A stretch of DNA of 64,000 nucleotides from Ginglymostoma cirratum (GCA_024137785.1 JAHRHZ010000001.1:3947075-4011074), one strand, 5' to 3'. Shown: positions 13,901-26,280, counted from the stretch's first letter. Notes: generated by a model from the sequence alone, not told the origin. Program-made: numbers and translations.

Positions 13901-16900
13901 TGACTAACGAGCATGTTACTTTGCATTAGACATGACTAATTGGCAGAATGTTATCTCCTAGGTTCCCACTGACATCAGTTTTCTTCAGATCCTTGACATT
14001 ACACTTGGTGAAATGCTACCTTTATGTCAAGGACTGTCACTCCCATGTCAAGTTCAGTTCTTCTGTCCATGCTTGGACCAAGGTCGTAAGGAGTTGAGTG
14101 GGTCTGATGGAACAAAAACTGAGCAGTGAGCAGCTTACTGCTGAGTAAAAGTCACTTGATAAGCACTGTCAACAACCCTTCCATCACTGTGCTAATGATC
14201 AGATTGGATCAACAGGGTTGCAACTGGTTGCTTGAATTTGTCCTGCTGCCTTTAGATGACCAAACATACTGGGGTAATTTTCCACATTGCCCAGTAAATG
14301 CCAGTGCTGTATTGTACTAGAATGGTTTGGCTAAGGACAAAGCTAGTTCTGGAATTCATGTCTTCAGTACTTTTACCAGAGGGTTAGCACAGAACATAGC
14401 TGGTGTAGTATTCAATCTCATCATTTGTTTCTTGATATTGTGGCTGAAGATAGCCACATATGCTTCAGGCTTTTCTTTTGCATGTGTTAAATAAAATTTT
14501 TTTGCATCAGATACAACTGTTACAAGGATGCCTACGAGCTAGATATGTCCTCGTGCATTTTGGAGATTATTACATTTCTAAAGTGAGGGGCCCCTTGAAG
14601 GAGCTCAGTTATTGAAGTCAGCAAGTCCACAAACTATTAATATTAGAAAATCCCAACCCTACCCTAATGAATTAGTCTAATCCAGCCTGGGGAAACAGAC
14701 CCTCTACTAGAAAAAGCAACTGCATGGAGACAGAATTCAGAATTGGTCTTAGCAATAGAGCTGAATGATGAAAAATACTCTGCCCAGCCACAGCCTCTAA
14801 GTTGGAATAACAAAATGATGAATATCACCAGTGGAAAAGTAATTCAAAAGTCAGACACTACAGATCAAGAAAACTAAAATATGATCTGAACTAGGATAAC
14901 AGATTGGCTTTTGCAGCTTTAGTATAGAAACACTCTATAACTTTTGATTGAAAACGCATGCTTTGCAGACTTGTTCACCTATATAGCAATTTCACAAACT
15001 GCAAGTTTTAAAATTTTAATAAAACAGGATTCACATCTCTCTCCATTGATTTTAGAATTAGACCACTGTGCAAAGTATACTTGCACTTTCTTTGTCAATT
15101 CAGGTTTAATGACATACCACATACATGGATCTTTTTGTACTAATGAAATCAACCCCCAATATTTAATCATTAACCTTGATCTACAAACATGAATAACGAA
15201 ATTGAAGAGTTTGCTGAAATTTACTACAGCTCCAAAGGACCTCAAAGGCTGATGGAATATGCACAAGATTCAACCTCATCTTCCTCCACATCTTCCCACG
15301 TGCATTGACTATTCTGTTGAAAAACCTACCTCTCCCGGAAGAGCTCTTTCCCATTCAGCTCATAAACTGCATCATCAGCATCCCGAGCATCATCAAATTC
15401 CTAAACAAGGGTATCAAGAATCCAGTTTATTCAAAAGTTAAACAAATTTATGAACAGCTTCACAAAATGGTGGCATGCATACCAGTCTCAACCCAGAGGA
15501 TAGGTCCTCAAATTCTACTGGGACCAAATAAAAAGGACTTCAGAAGCTGGATTGTTATGAAAATAACCAGTTCAGCAACATCCTTCATGAGGGAATACAC
15601 AGACTTGTCTTTTTTGACCTCAAATCATCGTTTTTGAATAGCAACATTATAGGCAATACATACAAATTTACAAGCAACATTCACAGAGAACAAGTCAAAA
15701 AAAATTGTTAATTCAGGGAACAGCAACAGACACTGCATCAAAATTACTTAATTTTACTGCAGAAAACAGTAGTAACCCTTGGTCATTGTTTCTCTAGTGC
15801 ATGACTAACCAAATGAGTACCAGTCCTTTTTTGCCACTGAAATTAAAGCCACTGCACCACATGGGGAAAGAAAGAGTCTCACCAGGAACATGCAGGAAAA
15901 ACCAAGATGCATTTCTGAAGAAGGGTCTAGGCCCGAAACATCAAGCTTTCCTGCTCCTATGATGCTGCTTGGCCTGCTGTGTTCATCCAGCTCCACACCT
16001 TGTTATCTTACGTGCAGGTGCAATCTGGTTTTATATTATAGACTTAGTGGGTAACATTAGAGGAAAATCCAATTATATATTCTAATTAAGACTGTGCATC
16101 ACAACAAAGGCAGTCAGGACTAGTCATTAAAATATCAGTCAAGCTTAAAAGAAAATTTACTGAAAGGAAAGATGGAGACGACTAATTTACATATTGTAGC
16201 AGACTCTCCATTAGGCATGACAAATCAAACTGTTGGTGCTAGGTCTGTACCCAGATTAGGAAGTGAAATCCACTCAAGTGATTTACAAATCATTGAATGT
16301 AGATGCTTGTTGCCATCATGGACTCAAAACAAATATCTTACATTAATGGTCATGACAAACAAGAAATATAATCTCGAATGTTCAGAACATCTACATTCCT
16401 GCATCACACTGACATTATGGGAACCTTGAATTCTCCAAACCGTTAACAAGGTTAAAAATAGAAAATCGAAGTGTTCAAAGCTCAGACAAGCTTGACAAAA
16501 TTTTCTTTTTAACATTGTTACTGGTACCTGGGAGACCACAGCAAGTTTACATTAGTTAACTTGCACTGGTTGTCTGGGGGAGATAGGTGGATCTTTCTGA
16601 ACCACTGCAGGCACCATGATTATGCACAGACAGTGCGGTTACAGACAGAAATCCAAAGTGATGACCCAATGTTAGCCATCCAGATAAAACTCAATTCACA
16701 GAAGCTACGATGCCCCAGCACTTCCCTGGCCTGCACAGTGTCCTCGGATGGGATAGGTCAGAGAGTTGGACAAGATTTCCAAGTGAACTGCTGCCATGCA
16801 TCCTAAAGATTTGAAAGTGCTGCACTAGCAAGAAAGATCATCCATCCTGATGATGTGTGCTGTTTATATTCTTGCAGTGATCCAGGTAATGCACTATTCA

Positions 16901-19465
16901 TCACACTGCTAACACAGATCTGGTAGATAGTGGGTAAACTCTATAACACTGAATACCTATTATTTTATATCTTTAAGGCTTTGTTACTGATAACAGTTGG
17001 CCCAGTCCATCATCTGGGCCATCCAATCCCCCAGATCTGGGGCAGCTCTCTAATGGTGCATTACCTAAAGATTATACAGGCATGGTCCAAGCCCTCAACA
17101 GCTGAAGTCTGGATGCCAGGTTTCTCTGGCCATATATACTTCATTAATTAGAAGGGTGTGAGCTGAACTTAACGCTCAAAAGGGAAGCATGAACACAGGA
17201 AGAACAGCCATTAAAACCCTGAACTCTCTCAAGTGTACCCATCTCTGGACTGCAGCGGTTCAAAAACGCAGCTCACTGCCATCACCTCAAGAACAATTAG
17301 GAAGGGGCAACAAACACTGGATTAGTGTCACCAACATCCCAGGGAAGAATAAACAAACAGCCTCATTCGCAACCTTATGCAGGATGGCTAGCTGCATCCC
17401 TGCAATGATCCTGAAACTAGTTGCCAGGATATAACTACAAATCTCTGACATCACTCTAGCTATGAAAGGTTTATTTTGTTTGGCTGCAAGGGTTCCATGG
17501 CATCACATTTACTTCAATGTTATTCCAGCTCTTGCCTCTTGCACTTCAATAGCAGGATCCAAACTGTGACGGGGTCCAGCAGAGGGAGGAACAGATGTCA
17601 CTATTAATGATTATGAACAGGCAAATATGGAAGCAACTGATTGTTTTAACTCCACATGCCATGCCAGACTTCAATGTCATCAGGTAGATGTCAAAGTCAT
17701 AACTCTACAGGAACCGTAGAGTAGATAGCTACAGGTGGGATGTCATAATGGCCTAGTTTTTGATGTGGCTAAACCACAACCCATAGGTCAAGGGTCACAT
17801 CTTCCTACTACACATATCCCTTGGGTGGTGATTTAGCCGCAAAGACTGCCACAGTGTGTTGAGTTAAAACAATCAATTGCTGCCATATTTGCCAGTTCAC
17901 AATCATTAACTTCTCAGGCTTAGAATACTCTTCACACAAAGGACAAGACATCTCAGAAGCATTGGAAAACTGATGCACTCGGATCCCGCCCCAAAACTAG
18001 TATCAGACTGCATAGTGTAGCATCTAGCTAAATGGACATCAAACAGCTAAACACACTGCTTATTCAGCCTCAAATTCTACAAAATGGAATTTGATAATAT
18101 TAGACCAAAGTCCATAATAAAACCTTATGGATAAGGACAGTTCATGATACTTCAGTAGCAATTCAATGATGGTGAAATGCTTTATAAACACGACGGGGTT
18201 ATGGTAGGTAGTGTATATAGAGGTGAAAGTTTTCTGCCCCTTTTCCATCAAATATCAACATGTTGTATCTGTTACAAATGCAACCATGAAACATGGTTGA
18301 CTAAGCAGTGGAACGGTGCCAACTAAAACAAAATCCTAAATACCTACATGATTGTTCCTGGACAGACTGTTTACTTTGTACATTTGGGATGAGAGTTGGC
18401 ACCAAATGTCAACAGAGGAGGATCTGGTTGCAAAATGAAATTTATCAGAACATTCTAAGGCTTATGCCGTCAGTTCTCATAGTGGATACAATACATCAAC
18501 TTTAGTGGAATTCACAACAGGTGACGTCATGCAAATACACCAATCCTGAGGAAGCATCTCATTTCAGTTACTCAGGAAATAGATCAACAAGCACATTCTG
18601 GACACAAAAGACCTGCCTGGTAAGATCAGTTTGTATGCAATAGTTCTGCCATGCAAAACTCACCTGTAACACGAATGCAGCAGGTGACCTCCCCATGAAA
18701 TTCAATTCACAGAAACTACCACTACCTACCTGAACCAGCCAAACAAATGCAGTAGGCACTGAAGCCATTCTTGTCCAGCAGCAATAAGGTGGTCAATTTT
18801 TTGAGAACAAAAAGGTTAAAACATCATCTCCATCACAATGAAATTTATTAGGTAACTAAAACCTCCCACTCACCTGTGAAATCACCTTGATATAGATTTA
18901 CGAGATTAAAAAGCTACTTTTGAACAACATTTTAATATGATAGAAGCGTTTACTTCAGCAGTTTCCTAATATGAATACAGACAGTCAGGCTGTCACCAAG
19001 CATCATTACCCAAATCAGAATAAACATTAAAACAATATGAAATCGGAGGCAAGAAGGTGTAGAGCTTGATAAACACAGTAGGCCAGGCAGCACAGGAGCA
19101 GGAAAGCTGACGTTTAGGGTCTGGGCTCTTCTTCAGAAATAATTGGAGGCTATGTCCATGCAAGTGCAGCAAGATGTTTCACAAATATGGGCATAGCTTT
19201 CTATTTCAAGTTCTGACATTACAGGTAACAATTCTGAAAAGTAATCCTACATTTTATTAAAAAACTATTTTACATCATCGAATCACAGGATAAAACCCAG
19301 GAATATTAACAGGAATCTGCAATGTGGCAGAATACTCACCACAAACCCAAAGCCTCTCTTTAGGTCAATTTCACGAATACGTCCATAACCTTTGAAGAAC
19401 TTTTCCACATCACGTTCTCTCACCTGAGGGCTCAGGCGACCAATGAACACACGGCAACCGTTCAT
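4674..19465 (-). CDS. SRSF5: SRSF5-type serine/arginine-rich splicing factor, whole CDS span: join of 19340-19465, 15330-15400, 12973-13077, 9612-9681, 6854-6927, 5766-5876, 4674-4971 (855 nt, 284 aa)
   Basis: All introns are GT-AG with compatible phases. Protein has RRM1 ([11 protein letters not shown]...[24 protein letters not shown]), a G/R linker, pseudo-RRM2 with SWQDLKD, and an RS domain. Exon sizes 126/71/105/70/74/111 fit the SRSF5 layout. It may be a paralogue (SRSF5-like) rather than the 1:1 orthologue. Confidence 0.93.
5766..5876 (-). CDS. SRSF5: SRSF5-like exon 7
   Basis: atcctgcag|[36 protein letters not shown](R)|gtaatc, 111 nt. Confidence 0.95.
6854..6927 (-). CDS. SRSF5: SRSF5-like exon 6
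   Basis: tgtttgtag|[24 protein letters not shown](G)|gtaaga, 74 nt. Confidence 0.95.
8084..8282 (-). other. Candidate poison (PTC) exon or alternative 3' splice site in SRSF5-like intron 5
   Basis: Branch-like TGACTAAA, cctttgtttagcag tandem acceptor, in-frame LVVRSFAF then TGA (8256-8258), candidate donor GGT|gtaagg at 8083; CpG retained. Confidence 0.55.
9612..9681 (-). CDS. SRSF5: SRSF5-like exon 5
   Basis: tttcag|[23 protein letters not shown]|gtgggt, 70 nt. Confidence 0.95.
10281..10428. mobile_element. Palindromic Penelope-derived short element running into a gap
   Basis: Near-identical to the left arm at 31142; perfect palindrome AGACCCTTCATCAGAAATTTCTGATGAAGGGTCT. Confidence 0.88.
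10429..10828. other. Assembly gap (400 N)
   Basis: N run. Confidence 1.
10829..10915 (-). mobile_element. Penelope-derived short element arm (second subfamily)
   Basis: Reverse complement of 52381-52460. Confidence 0.75.
10930..12110 (+). mobile_element. CR1 LINE fragments (two nested ages)
   Basis: [43 protein letters not shown]. Confidence 0.82.
12405..12557 (+). repeat. 26-bp minisatellite AGGCAACGATGATAAGACAATGCAAG, about 6 copies, with a 10-N gap inside
   Basis: Identical tandem units visible directly. Confidence 0.95.
12973..13077 (-). CDS. SRSF5: SRSF5-like exon 4
   Basis: ttctctag|[34 protein letters not shown](R)|gtaaat, 105 nt. Confidence 0.92.
13435..14460 (-). mobile_element. 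Decayed LINE (L2/CR1 group) fragment containing a G18 run
   Basis: RT-like remnant (cttgacataaaggtagcatttcaccaagtg); no intact ORF. Confidence 0.5.
15330..15400 (-). CDS. SRSF5: SRSF5-like exon 3
   Basis: cttgtttag|[23 protein letters not shown](R)|gtaggt, 71 nt. Confidence 0.95.
15911..16008 (+). mobile_element. Single-arm Penelope-derived short element with hammerhead core
   Basis: CTGAAGAAGGGTCTAGGCCCGAAACATC followed by the family tail. Confidence 0.82.
19051..19140 (-). mobile_element. Single-arm Penelope-derived short element
   Basis: Homologous to 21575-21668; flanked by AATCGGAGGC and AATTGGAGGC (19041, 19141). Confidence 0.8.
19340..19465 (-). CDS. SRSF5: SRSF5-like coding exon 1 (exon 2; acceptor before 19489)
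   Basis: [42 protein letters not shown]; acceptor ctctttcag; donor GTG|gtgagt. Confidence 0.95.
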
Positions 19466-21186
19466 TTTGTAATGACACTTTTATGCAGCCTGAAAGAGTA
19501 TTGAAATAACGTTGCAGTGTTAAAACAAGAATTTCACTATAAAAGCTTACCAGTTACCATAAAGAAAGGCAGTATATAACCACTAGCCAAAAAAGACAAT
19601 AGTTCATTACAACTTATCTGCATATCATGTAATCAACTCATGGTCAGGTTGGCAACTTGCCCAATTGCAATTACGCTCTACTTAAGAGAACGTACAGAAA
19701 AACACAACTACTCCAACCTTAGTGTATTAAGGAGAAATTCATACAAGCAGACCCATGTGTTGTATAATAATTAAATTTAGCTTCCCAATCCCATTTTCTA
19801 ATTTTCAGACAAGTTGTTAACCTAAAGCAATTTTCTCCAATAAATTAGAGAGAAAACAACAAAACTGCATATTCATACAAAGAGGATCTTAAAAGAAGTT
19901 GGAAACAATTTGCAACTGCTCTGGATGACAGATTACACATGAGCAAAACGATGAAAGCTCAGTTAGTTATATAGCGTAAGCACTAACATATGTTCCAGGC
20001 ATTATAAGCAAATGGTTCAGTGATTTGAATTATAATCAAGGATCAATATTTCCTTGTTGCAGCTTTCAAACCAGAAATCAATTTCAACATTTGACCTGAT
20101 AAAATGCACACTTTAGTTAAGCCAAGTTTAACTCCAATTGCAAAAATCTAGTGTGATTAAGAGATAGCCTCATAGCATATTAACCTTTAGACTATATATT
20201 TTAAAAATGCTTGCGGTTGGTAGATTTTAAAATGGGACCTGCATATTGACTTTGCAACCTTTTGCAAAGTGCGCTCTGTTGTACCTTGGCGTCCATCTTG
20301 CCTCAAGACATTAGAAACGACATTAATTGACAACGCCAGCTTTTCCAGCCTTCCCAAAGCAAGGAAAGTATGATTTAAATTAAAAAAACCCTTCAAAAAG
20401 AATTTATAGACATTGCTTCAAAAATCTGAAGTGGAAAATTCGGTAATTCTAACCACTACCAACATGTGCGTTTCTCCTTATACGCTACATAAAAACATTT
20501 TCTACTGCCCCCGTTAATCTTTTGTGATTATCTAACATTTGTATCATCTTGTTATTATCTCTCCAAATAACAGAAACAAATGATCACTATTTAACTCAAT
20601 AGTAAAACCTCACTTGGTAACAAAAAACGTCTCGGTAAAGCTGGACAATATTTTTCCCAGCTGGAAACGGTTTAAAAGATGTTTTGTTCACAGAAAATCG
20701 CGCACCAAATAAATCAGGTTTACTGAAAAGGCAACGACGCAATCAGTCACCAACAAGTGCGATGTCGTTTTTCAAAGAAAAACAAGGCAGCGGCGCAATC
20801 CGAATACAAACCGGATTTGAAAAATTCGACACCGTTGCTGCCCCGATTAATCAAAAGCCCTTAAGATAAATATTTCACATTTAGTCAAGTTCTCGGTCGG
20901 GGCTAATGGGGGCGCGGGGTGGGAAGAAGAGTAAAGACCATGTAGGAGAGCTGCCCGTGCCGACTGAGAAGGTTCCAGAAAGGCAAACAGTTAAATGGTG
21001 AAACAGTGCTGCCAAAGGCGAACAGCCTACCCACCCCTCCCCCACCGTGCGGCCTACCTCCAGCCGCCGCCTCTCGGCACCAACTCGAGCAACAGCGACG
21101 CCCCGGAGCCGCACCCCGACACGACGCGGACCCCGCCAAAACCCAACCACACGAAAAAAAAACCCGCCGCCCCTCACTCTGCTCAC

Positions 21187-21320
21187 TCGCTGCCTTTCCG
21201 GGTGGTTCTCGGTGTGGCTTTGACCCCGCTCAGACTCTCAGCGCTCGATGATTTTTCTCTCTCGCTCTTCTACACCGTCACCGTGGCCGCCGTCGCTCCT
21301 TCTCCTCCTTCAGTCACTTG
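21187..21320 (-). other. SRSF5: SRSF5-like non-coding exon 1 (5' end approximate)
   Basis: Lies in a CpG-rich island; donor GCGA|gtgagc at 21186; promoter motifs immediately upstream. Confidence 0.65.
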
Positions 21321-21545
21321 ACGCCAACGTCACTGCAGTGGAACGGGGTTTCCCGTGCTGGGCAGCAGGGGCGGCCTTGTGACGTCAAAGGATACGTTCC
21401 GCACCCTCCGCCGTCAATCACGGGCTTAGCCCCGCCCTAGCCACATTGCCGTCTGTCAACAGTCCAACCCCGCCCCTCCATACATCACTGCCAATCAGCA
21501 GAGTGGATCCGATCACCAGCAGCCTCGCCCCGCCTCCTCAGTGCC
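21320..21545 (-). promoter_or_regulatory. SRSF5-like CpG-island promoter
   Basis: Perfect CRE TGACGTCA at 21380-21387, GC boxes (CCCGCCC near 21431 and 21468), CCAAT box (GCCAATCA at 21490), high CpG density from about 20900 to 21540. Confidence 0.75.
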
Positions 21546-21574
21546 CTTTTCACCTAACAACATGAGAAATAGGG

Positions 21575-23648
21575 ACAACAAGGTGTAGAGCTGGATGAAC
21601 ACAGCAGGCCAAGCAGCATCAGAGGAGCAGGAAGGCTGACGTTTCGGGCCTAGATCCTTCTTCAGAAATGGGAGAGGGGAAAGGGGTTCTGAAATAAATA
21701 GGGAGAGAGGGGGAGGCAGATAGAAGATGGATAGAGGAGAAGGTAGGTGGAGAGGAGACAGACTGGTCAAAGAGGCAGGAAAGGTGAGGAGTTAGGGAGG
21801 AGATAGGTCAGTCCAGGGAGGATGGACAGGTCAAGGGGGCGGGATGAGGTTAGTAGGTAGGAGATGGGGTGTGGCTTGAGGTGGGAGGAAGGACAGGCTA
21901 GGGAGGCGGGAATGAGCTGGGCTGGTTTTGGGATGTGGTAGGGGAAGGGGAGATTTTGAAGCCTGTGAAATCCACAATCCCCAAGCCTCCGCTTGGTTTT
22001 GCCGATGTAGAGGAGGCCACAACGGGAACAGCAGATGCAGTATACCACGTTAGCAGATATGCAGGTGAACTTGATGTGGAAAGTCTTCTTGGGGCCTGGG
22101 ATGGGTGAGGGGGAAGGTGTAGGGGCAAGTGTAGCACTTCCTGCGGTTGCAGGGAAAAGTGCCGGGTGTTGTGGGGCTGGAGGGGAGTGTGGAGCAGACA
22201 AGGGAGTCACGGAGAGAGTGGTCCCTCCGGAAAGCAGATAAGGGTGGGGAGGGAAAAATGTCTTTGGTGGTGGGGTCGGATTGCAGGTGGTGGAAGTGAG
22301 GATGAGGAGGATTCTGTTTTGGTTGTTATTGCAGGAAGGGGGTGTGAGGGATGCGTTGTGGGAAATGCGGGAGACACGGTCAAGGGTGTTCTCGACCACT
22401 GAGGGGGGGATGTTGCAGTCCTTGAAAAACGAGAACATCTGAGATGTACGGGAGTGGAATGCCTCATCCTGGGAGCAGATGCAACGGAGGCTAAGGAGTT
22501 GGGGATAGGGGATGGCATTTTTGCAGGAAGGTGGGTGGGAGGAAGTGTATTCTAGGTAGCTGTGGGAGTCGGTGGGCTTGAAATGGATATCGGTTGTCAG
22601 AGATGGAAACAGTGAGGTCCAGGAAGGAGAGAGAGGTATTAGAACTGGTCCAGGTGAACTTAAGGTTGGGGTAGAAGGTGTTGGTGAAGTGGGTGAACTG
22701 TTTGAGCTCCTCATTGGAGCATGAGGCGGCGCCGATACATTTGTCAATGTAACGGAGGAAGAGGTGGGGTTTAGGGCCAGTGTAGGTACGGAAGAGGGAT
22801 TGTTCCACGTAACCTACAAAGAGGCATAGCGTGGGCCCATGCTGGTACCTTTGGCCACCCCACTAGTCCGTAGGAAGTGGGAGGAATTGAAAGAGAAGTT
22901 GTTGAGGGTGAGGATTAGTTCAGCTAAGCAGATGAGGGTGTCAGTAGAGGGGGACTGGTCGGGCCTGCGGGACAGGAAGAAGCGGAGGGCCTTTTGGCCA
23001 TCTGTATGGGGAATGCAGGTGTATAGGGACTGGACGTCCATGGTAAAGATGAGGTATTGGGGACCGGGGAATTGGAAGTTCTGGAGGAGGTGGATGGCGT
23101 GGGTGGTGTCACGGACGTAGGTAGAGAGTTCCTGGACCAAGGGGGAGAAAATGGATTCGAGATAGGTGGAGATAAGTTCGGTGGGGCAGGAGCAGGCGGA
23201 GACAATGCGTCTACCAGGGCATTCAGGTTTGTGGATTTTGAGAAGGAGATAGAAGCGGGTGGTGCGGGGTTGGGGAACGATGAGTTTGGAGGCTGTGGGT
23301 GGGAGGTCACCTGAGGTGATGAGGTTGTGGATGGTTTGGGAGATGATGGTTTGGTGGTCAGGGGTGGGGTCATGATCAAGGGGGCGGTAGGAGGAGGTGT
23401 CGGAGAGTTGGCGTCTGGCCTCGGCGATGTGGAGGTCAGTGCGCCATACTACAACTGCGCCTCCCTTGTCCGCAGGTTTTATGGTGAGGTTGGGATTGGA
23501 ACGGAGGGAGTGGAGTGCTGCACGTTCTGCAGTGGAGAGGTTGAGGTGATTGATGTCTCGATGGCAGTTGGAGATGAAGAGGTCGAGGGAGGGTAGGAGG
23601 CCTTGGGGTGGTGTCCAGGAGGAGGGGGTGTGTTGGAGGCAGGAGAAG
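21575..23648 (-). mobile_element. Penelope-like retroelement (Neptune-type), 5'-truncated and frameshifted: RT, GIY-YIG endonuclease and 3' end with hammerhead motif
   Basis: IKPADKGGAVVVW, FYLLLKIHK, FTMDVQSLYTCIPH, GVAKGTSMGP, LRYIDK (catalytic YIDD altered), FLDL, KPTDSHSYLEYTSSHP, NVVYCICCSRCGLLYIGKT across ORFs 22814-23686, 22491-22808 and 21767-22747. Confidence 0.92.
21638..21665 (-). ncRNA. Minimal type-I hammerhead ribozyme core in the Penelope 3' end
   Basis: CTGAAGA-AGGATCTAGGCCC-GAAAC-GTC on the minus strand. Confidence 0.65.
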
Positions 23649-23850
23649 GTTTCCTCCGGGTGCTCCAGTTTCCTCCCACAGTCCAAAGATGTGCAGGTTA
23701 GGGTGGATTGGCCATGGGAAATTGCCCATAGGGATGTGTAGATTAGGTGGGTTATAGGGGGATGGGTCTGGGTGGGATGCTGTGAGGTTCGGTGTGGACT
23801 TGTTGGGCCGAAGGGCCTGTTTCCACACTGTAGAGATTTTACGATTCTAG
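23649..23850 (+). mobile_element. V-SINE (HE1-like) 3' half abutting the Penelope copy
   Basis: GTTTCCTCCGGGTGCTCCAGTTTCCTCCCACAGTCCAAAGATGTGCAGG and tail. Confidence 0.8.
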
Positions 23851-23926
23851 GATTGCTGCTTTTTCCCCATGCTTTCTGACCCCTTTAGCCTCACGCTGGG
23901 CTATTAATGCAGAGACCAAAATAACA

Positions 23927-24122
23927 AAGATAGTTAGGAACTGGAGAATCTGAGATAACAAGGTATAGAGCTGGATGAACACAGCAGGCCAGGCAGCATC
24001 AAAGGAGCAGGAATGCTGACGTTTCGGTTCGAGACAAAGCAGGGTCTTGACCCGAAATGTCAGCTTTCCTGCTCCTCTGATGCTGCTTGGCCTGCTGTGT
24101 TCATCCAGCTCTACACCTTGTT
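23927..24122. mobile_element. Palindromic Penelope-derived short element; 14-bp TSD
   Basis: Inverted arms homologous to 21575-21650; AGACCAAAATAACA at 23913-23926 and 24123-24136. Confidence 0.88.
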
Positions 24123-24258
24123 AGACCAAAATAACAGTCTGGGTTCGAATTCTGCCACAGCAAATTGTGGAATTCAGATTCACTGAAAAATATCTGGAAT
24201 TAAGAATCTAGTGATAACCATGAATCAGTTGCCCATTGTTGGTAAAACCCATCTGGTT

Positions 24259-24351
24259 TCTGAAGAAGGATCTAGGCCTGAAGCGTCAGCTTTCCTGCTC
24301 CTCTGATGCTGCTTGTCTTGCTGTGTTCATCCAGCTCTACACCTTGTTATC
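24259..24351 (+). mobile_element. Single-arm Penelope-derived short element with degenerate hammerhead core
   Basis: CTGAAGAAGGATCTAGGCCTGAAGCGTC; TCTGGTT duplicated at 24252 and 24352; interrupts a SINE. Confidence 0.82.
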
Positions 24352-25702
24352 TCTGGTTCACTAATGTCCTTTAGGGAAGGAAACTGCCATCCCTACCTGG
24401 CCTGGCCTACATGTGACTCCACACCCTCAACTGCCCTCTGGTCAATTAGGGATGGGCAACAAATATTGCCTAAAAGTGACACCCTCAACCCATGAATAAA
24501 GAAATAAAACTGCTATATCCAACTACTTCTTGAAATCATACAATGTTTTGGCATTGGCCGCTTTCTGTGGCAACAAACTCCACCGGCTCACCACTCTCTG
24601 GGTGAAGGAATTTCTCTTTATCTGAGTCCTAAATGGTTTACATCATGTTGCTAGACTGTAACCCATGGTTCTGGACTCCCCCACCATTGGGTGCATCCTT
24701 CCTGCATTTAACCTGTCTAGTCCTGTTAGAATTTTGTAGGTTTTCCTCATTCTTCTGAACTCCAGCAAATAAAATCCTGACCAATTGAACCTTCCCTCTT
24801 ACCTCAGACCTGCCATCCCAGGAAACAACCTAGTAAACCTTCAGTACACTCCCCCTATAGCAAGAACATCCTTCCTGTCATCTTGGGAAGTCATATGGCT
24901 GGGTTCTCTAATGGGTGCTACTTTAGGCAAAAAAATGTTTGTCTAATCGGCCATACCCAAGAATCTTTGAAGTTCTTGGATGACTTTGGAGTCGAGTAAT
25001 CTATGATGGCTTCAATCTTCTGGCAGTGTTGACAATGTGTCCCAAAAAACAAATGGAATCTTTAGAGAATTCACACTTGCCTTTTAAGTGTGGGCCCTTC
25101 CTATTATAAACATTTTAATGTGCATGCCCTCACTGATCATGTTCTTCAACTCCTCCCCCATTGATTAGTATATCGTCCATGTGGCATGTGATTCTGTGAA
25201 GGTCTTGTAAAATATTTGAGCTTAATCTTTGGAGAATCATTGGTGCAGTGCAGCGCAATTCCAAATGGTAATTTATTAAAACAAAATCTTTCAAATGGAA
25301 TTATAAGTGTATTAGGGAACCTTGATTGCCAATCCAATGGCACTTGTGAAAAGGATTGAGTTCTGTGAAAAATCTGTTCTTGACTGGTTTAGCTGGCCTC
25401 TTGTCAACTGTGGACAAAGGGTGAATTTCTCCTGGTACTGTCTTGTTGAGTTGTGTAAGGTCAAGATAAATGCAAATAGACCATTAGGCTTGGGTATGCA
25501 AGCTATGCCTGAACACCACTTTGTTGGATTCCTGAGTAGAGAAATTACATTCATATATAATCACTTCCGGTGTTTTAATCCAGATCCCATTCAAAAGATG
25601 GAAGAGCTCAAGCAACAAAGGCTAAAAGAATTCTTTTGAAAAAGAATATTCCAATTTGTTCAAAAGATTTGGAAGGTTTAAATGCAAATATAGCATCAAA
25701 CT

Positions 25703-26118
25703 GAACAAAGAACAAAGAAAATTACAGCACAGGAACAGGCCCTCCGGCCCGCCAAGCCTGCACCGATCCAGATCCTCTATCTAAACCTGTTGCCTATTTT
25801 CCAAGGATCTGTATCCCTCTGCTCCCTGCCCATTCATGTATCTGTCTAGATACATCTTAAATGATGCTATCATGCCTGCCTCTACCACCTCCGCTGGCAA
25901 CGCGTTCCAGGCACCCACCACCCTCTGCGTAAAGAACTTTTCACGCATATCTCCCTTAAACTTTTCCCTTCTCACCTTGAAATCATGACCCCTAGTAATT
26001 GAGTCCCCCACTCTGGGAAAAAGTTTCCTGCTATCCACCCTGTCTATACCTCTCACGATTTTGTAGACCTCAATCAGGACCCCCCTCAACCTCCGTCTTT
26101 CTAATGTAAATAATCCTA
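25703..26118 (-). mobile_element. Young CR1 LINE 3' end
   Basis: LGLFTLERRRLRGVLIEVYKI...FFTQRVVGAWNALP...FKMYLDRYM, 3'UTR and (TTCTTTG) tail repeats. Confidence 0.9.
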
Positions 26119-26280
26119 GGATGAAGAAGGATGCTAAACCTTTCTGCCATTGTACTCCCAACAAGATGCAGCGCTCCTTACCGCTTACTTTTCTACCCTG
26201 GAGTGAGAATTCCTGGTTGTGAAGTACATTCGATTCTAGTATTTGGCGTCCTGACAATACTAAAGCTTTAACAGGTGTAT

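Larger units (their letters stand above)
23890..24510 (+). mobile_element. tRNA-derived SINE family A, interrupted by two Penelope-derived inserts
   Basis: Colinear with 253-590 once 23927-24122 and 24259-24351 are removed. Confidence 0.78.

Noticed and set aside
4972-21186. Intronic snoRNAs in the SRSF5-like gene
   Set aside because: No convincing C/D pair with terminal stem or H/ACA structure seen by eye; CTGATGA hits belong to the hammerhead-type repeats. An Infernal/Rfam scan would be decisive.
20881-21321. Several ORFs over the CpG islands (also 47606-47991)
   Set aside because: Stop-poor GC-rich sequence; only MVSVTL at 47701 is supported, by splicing to exon 2.
22814-23686. Domesticated or active reverse transcriptase gene
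   Set aside because: 5' truncated, frameshifted, catalytic motif altered; the ORF start comes from an adjacent SINE.
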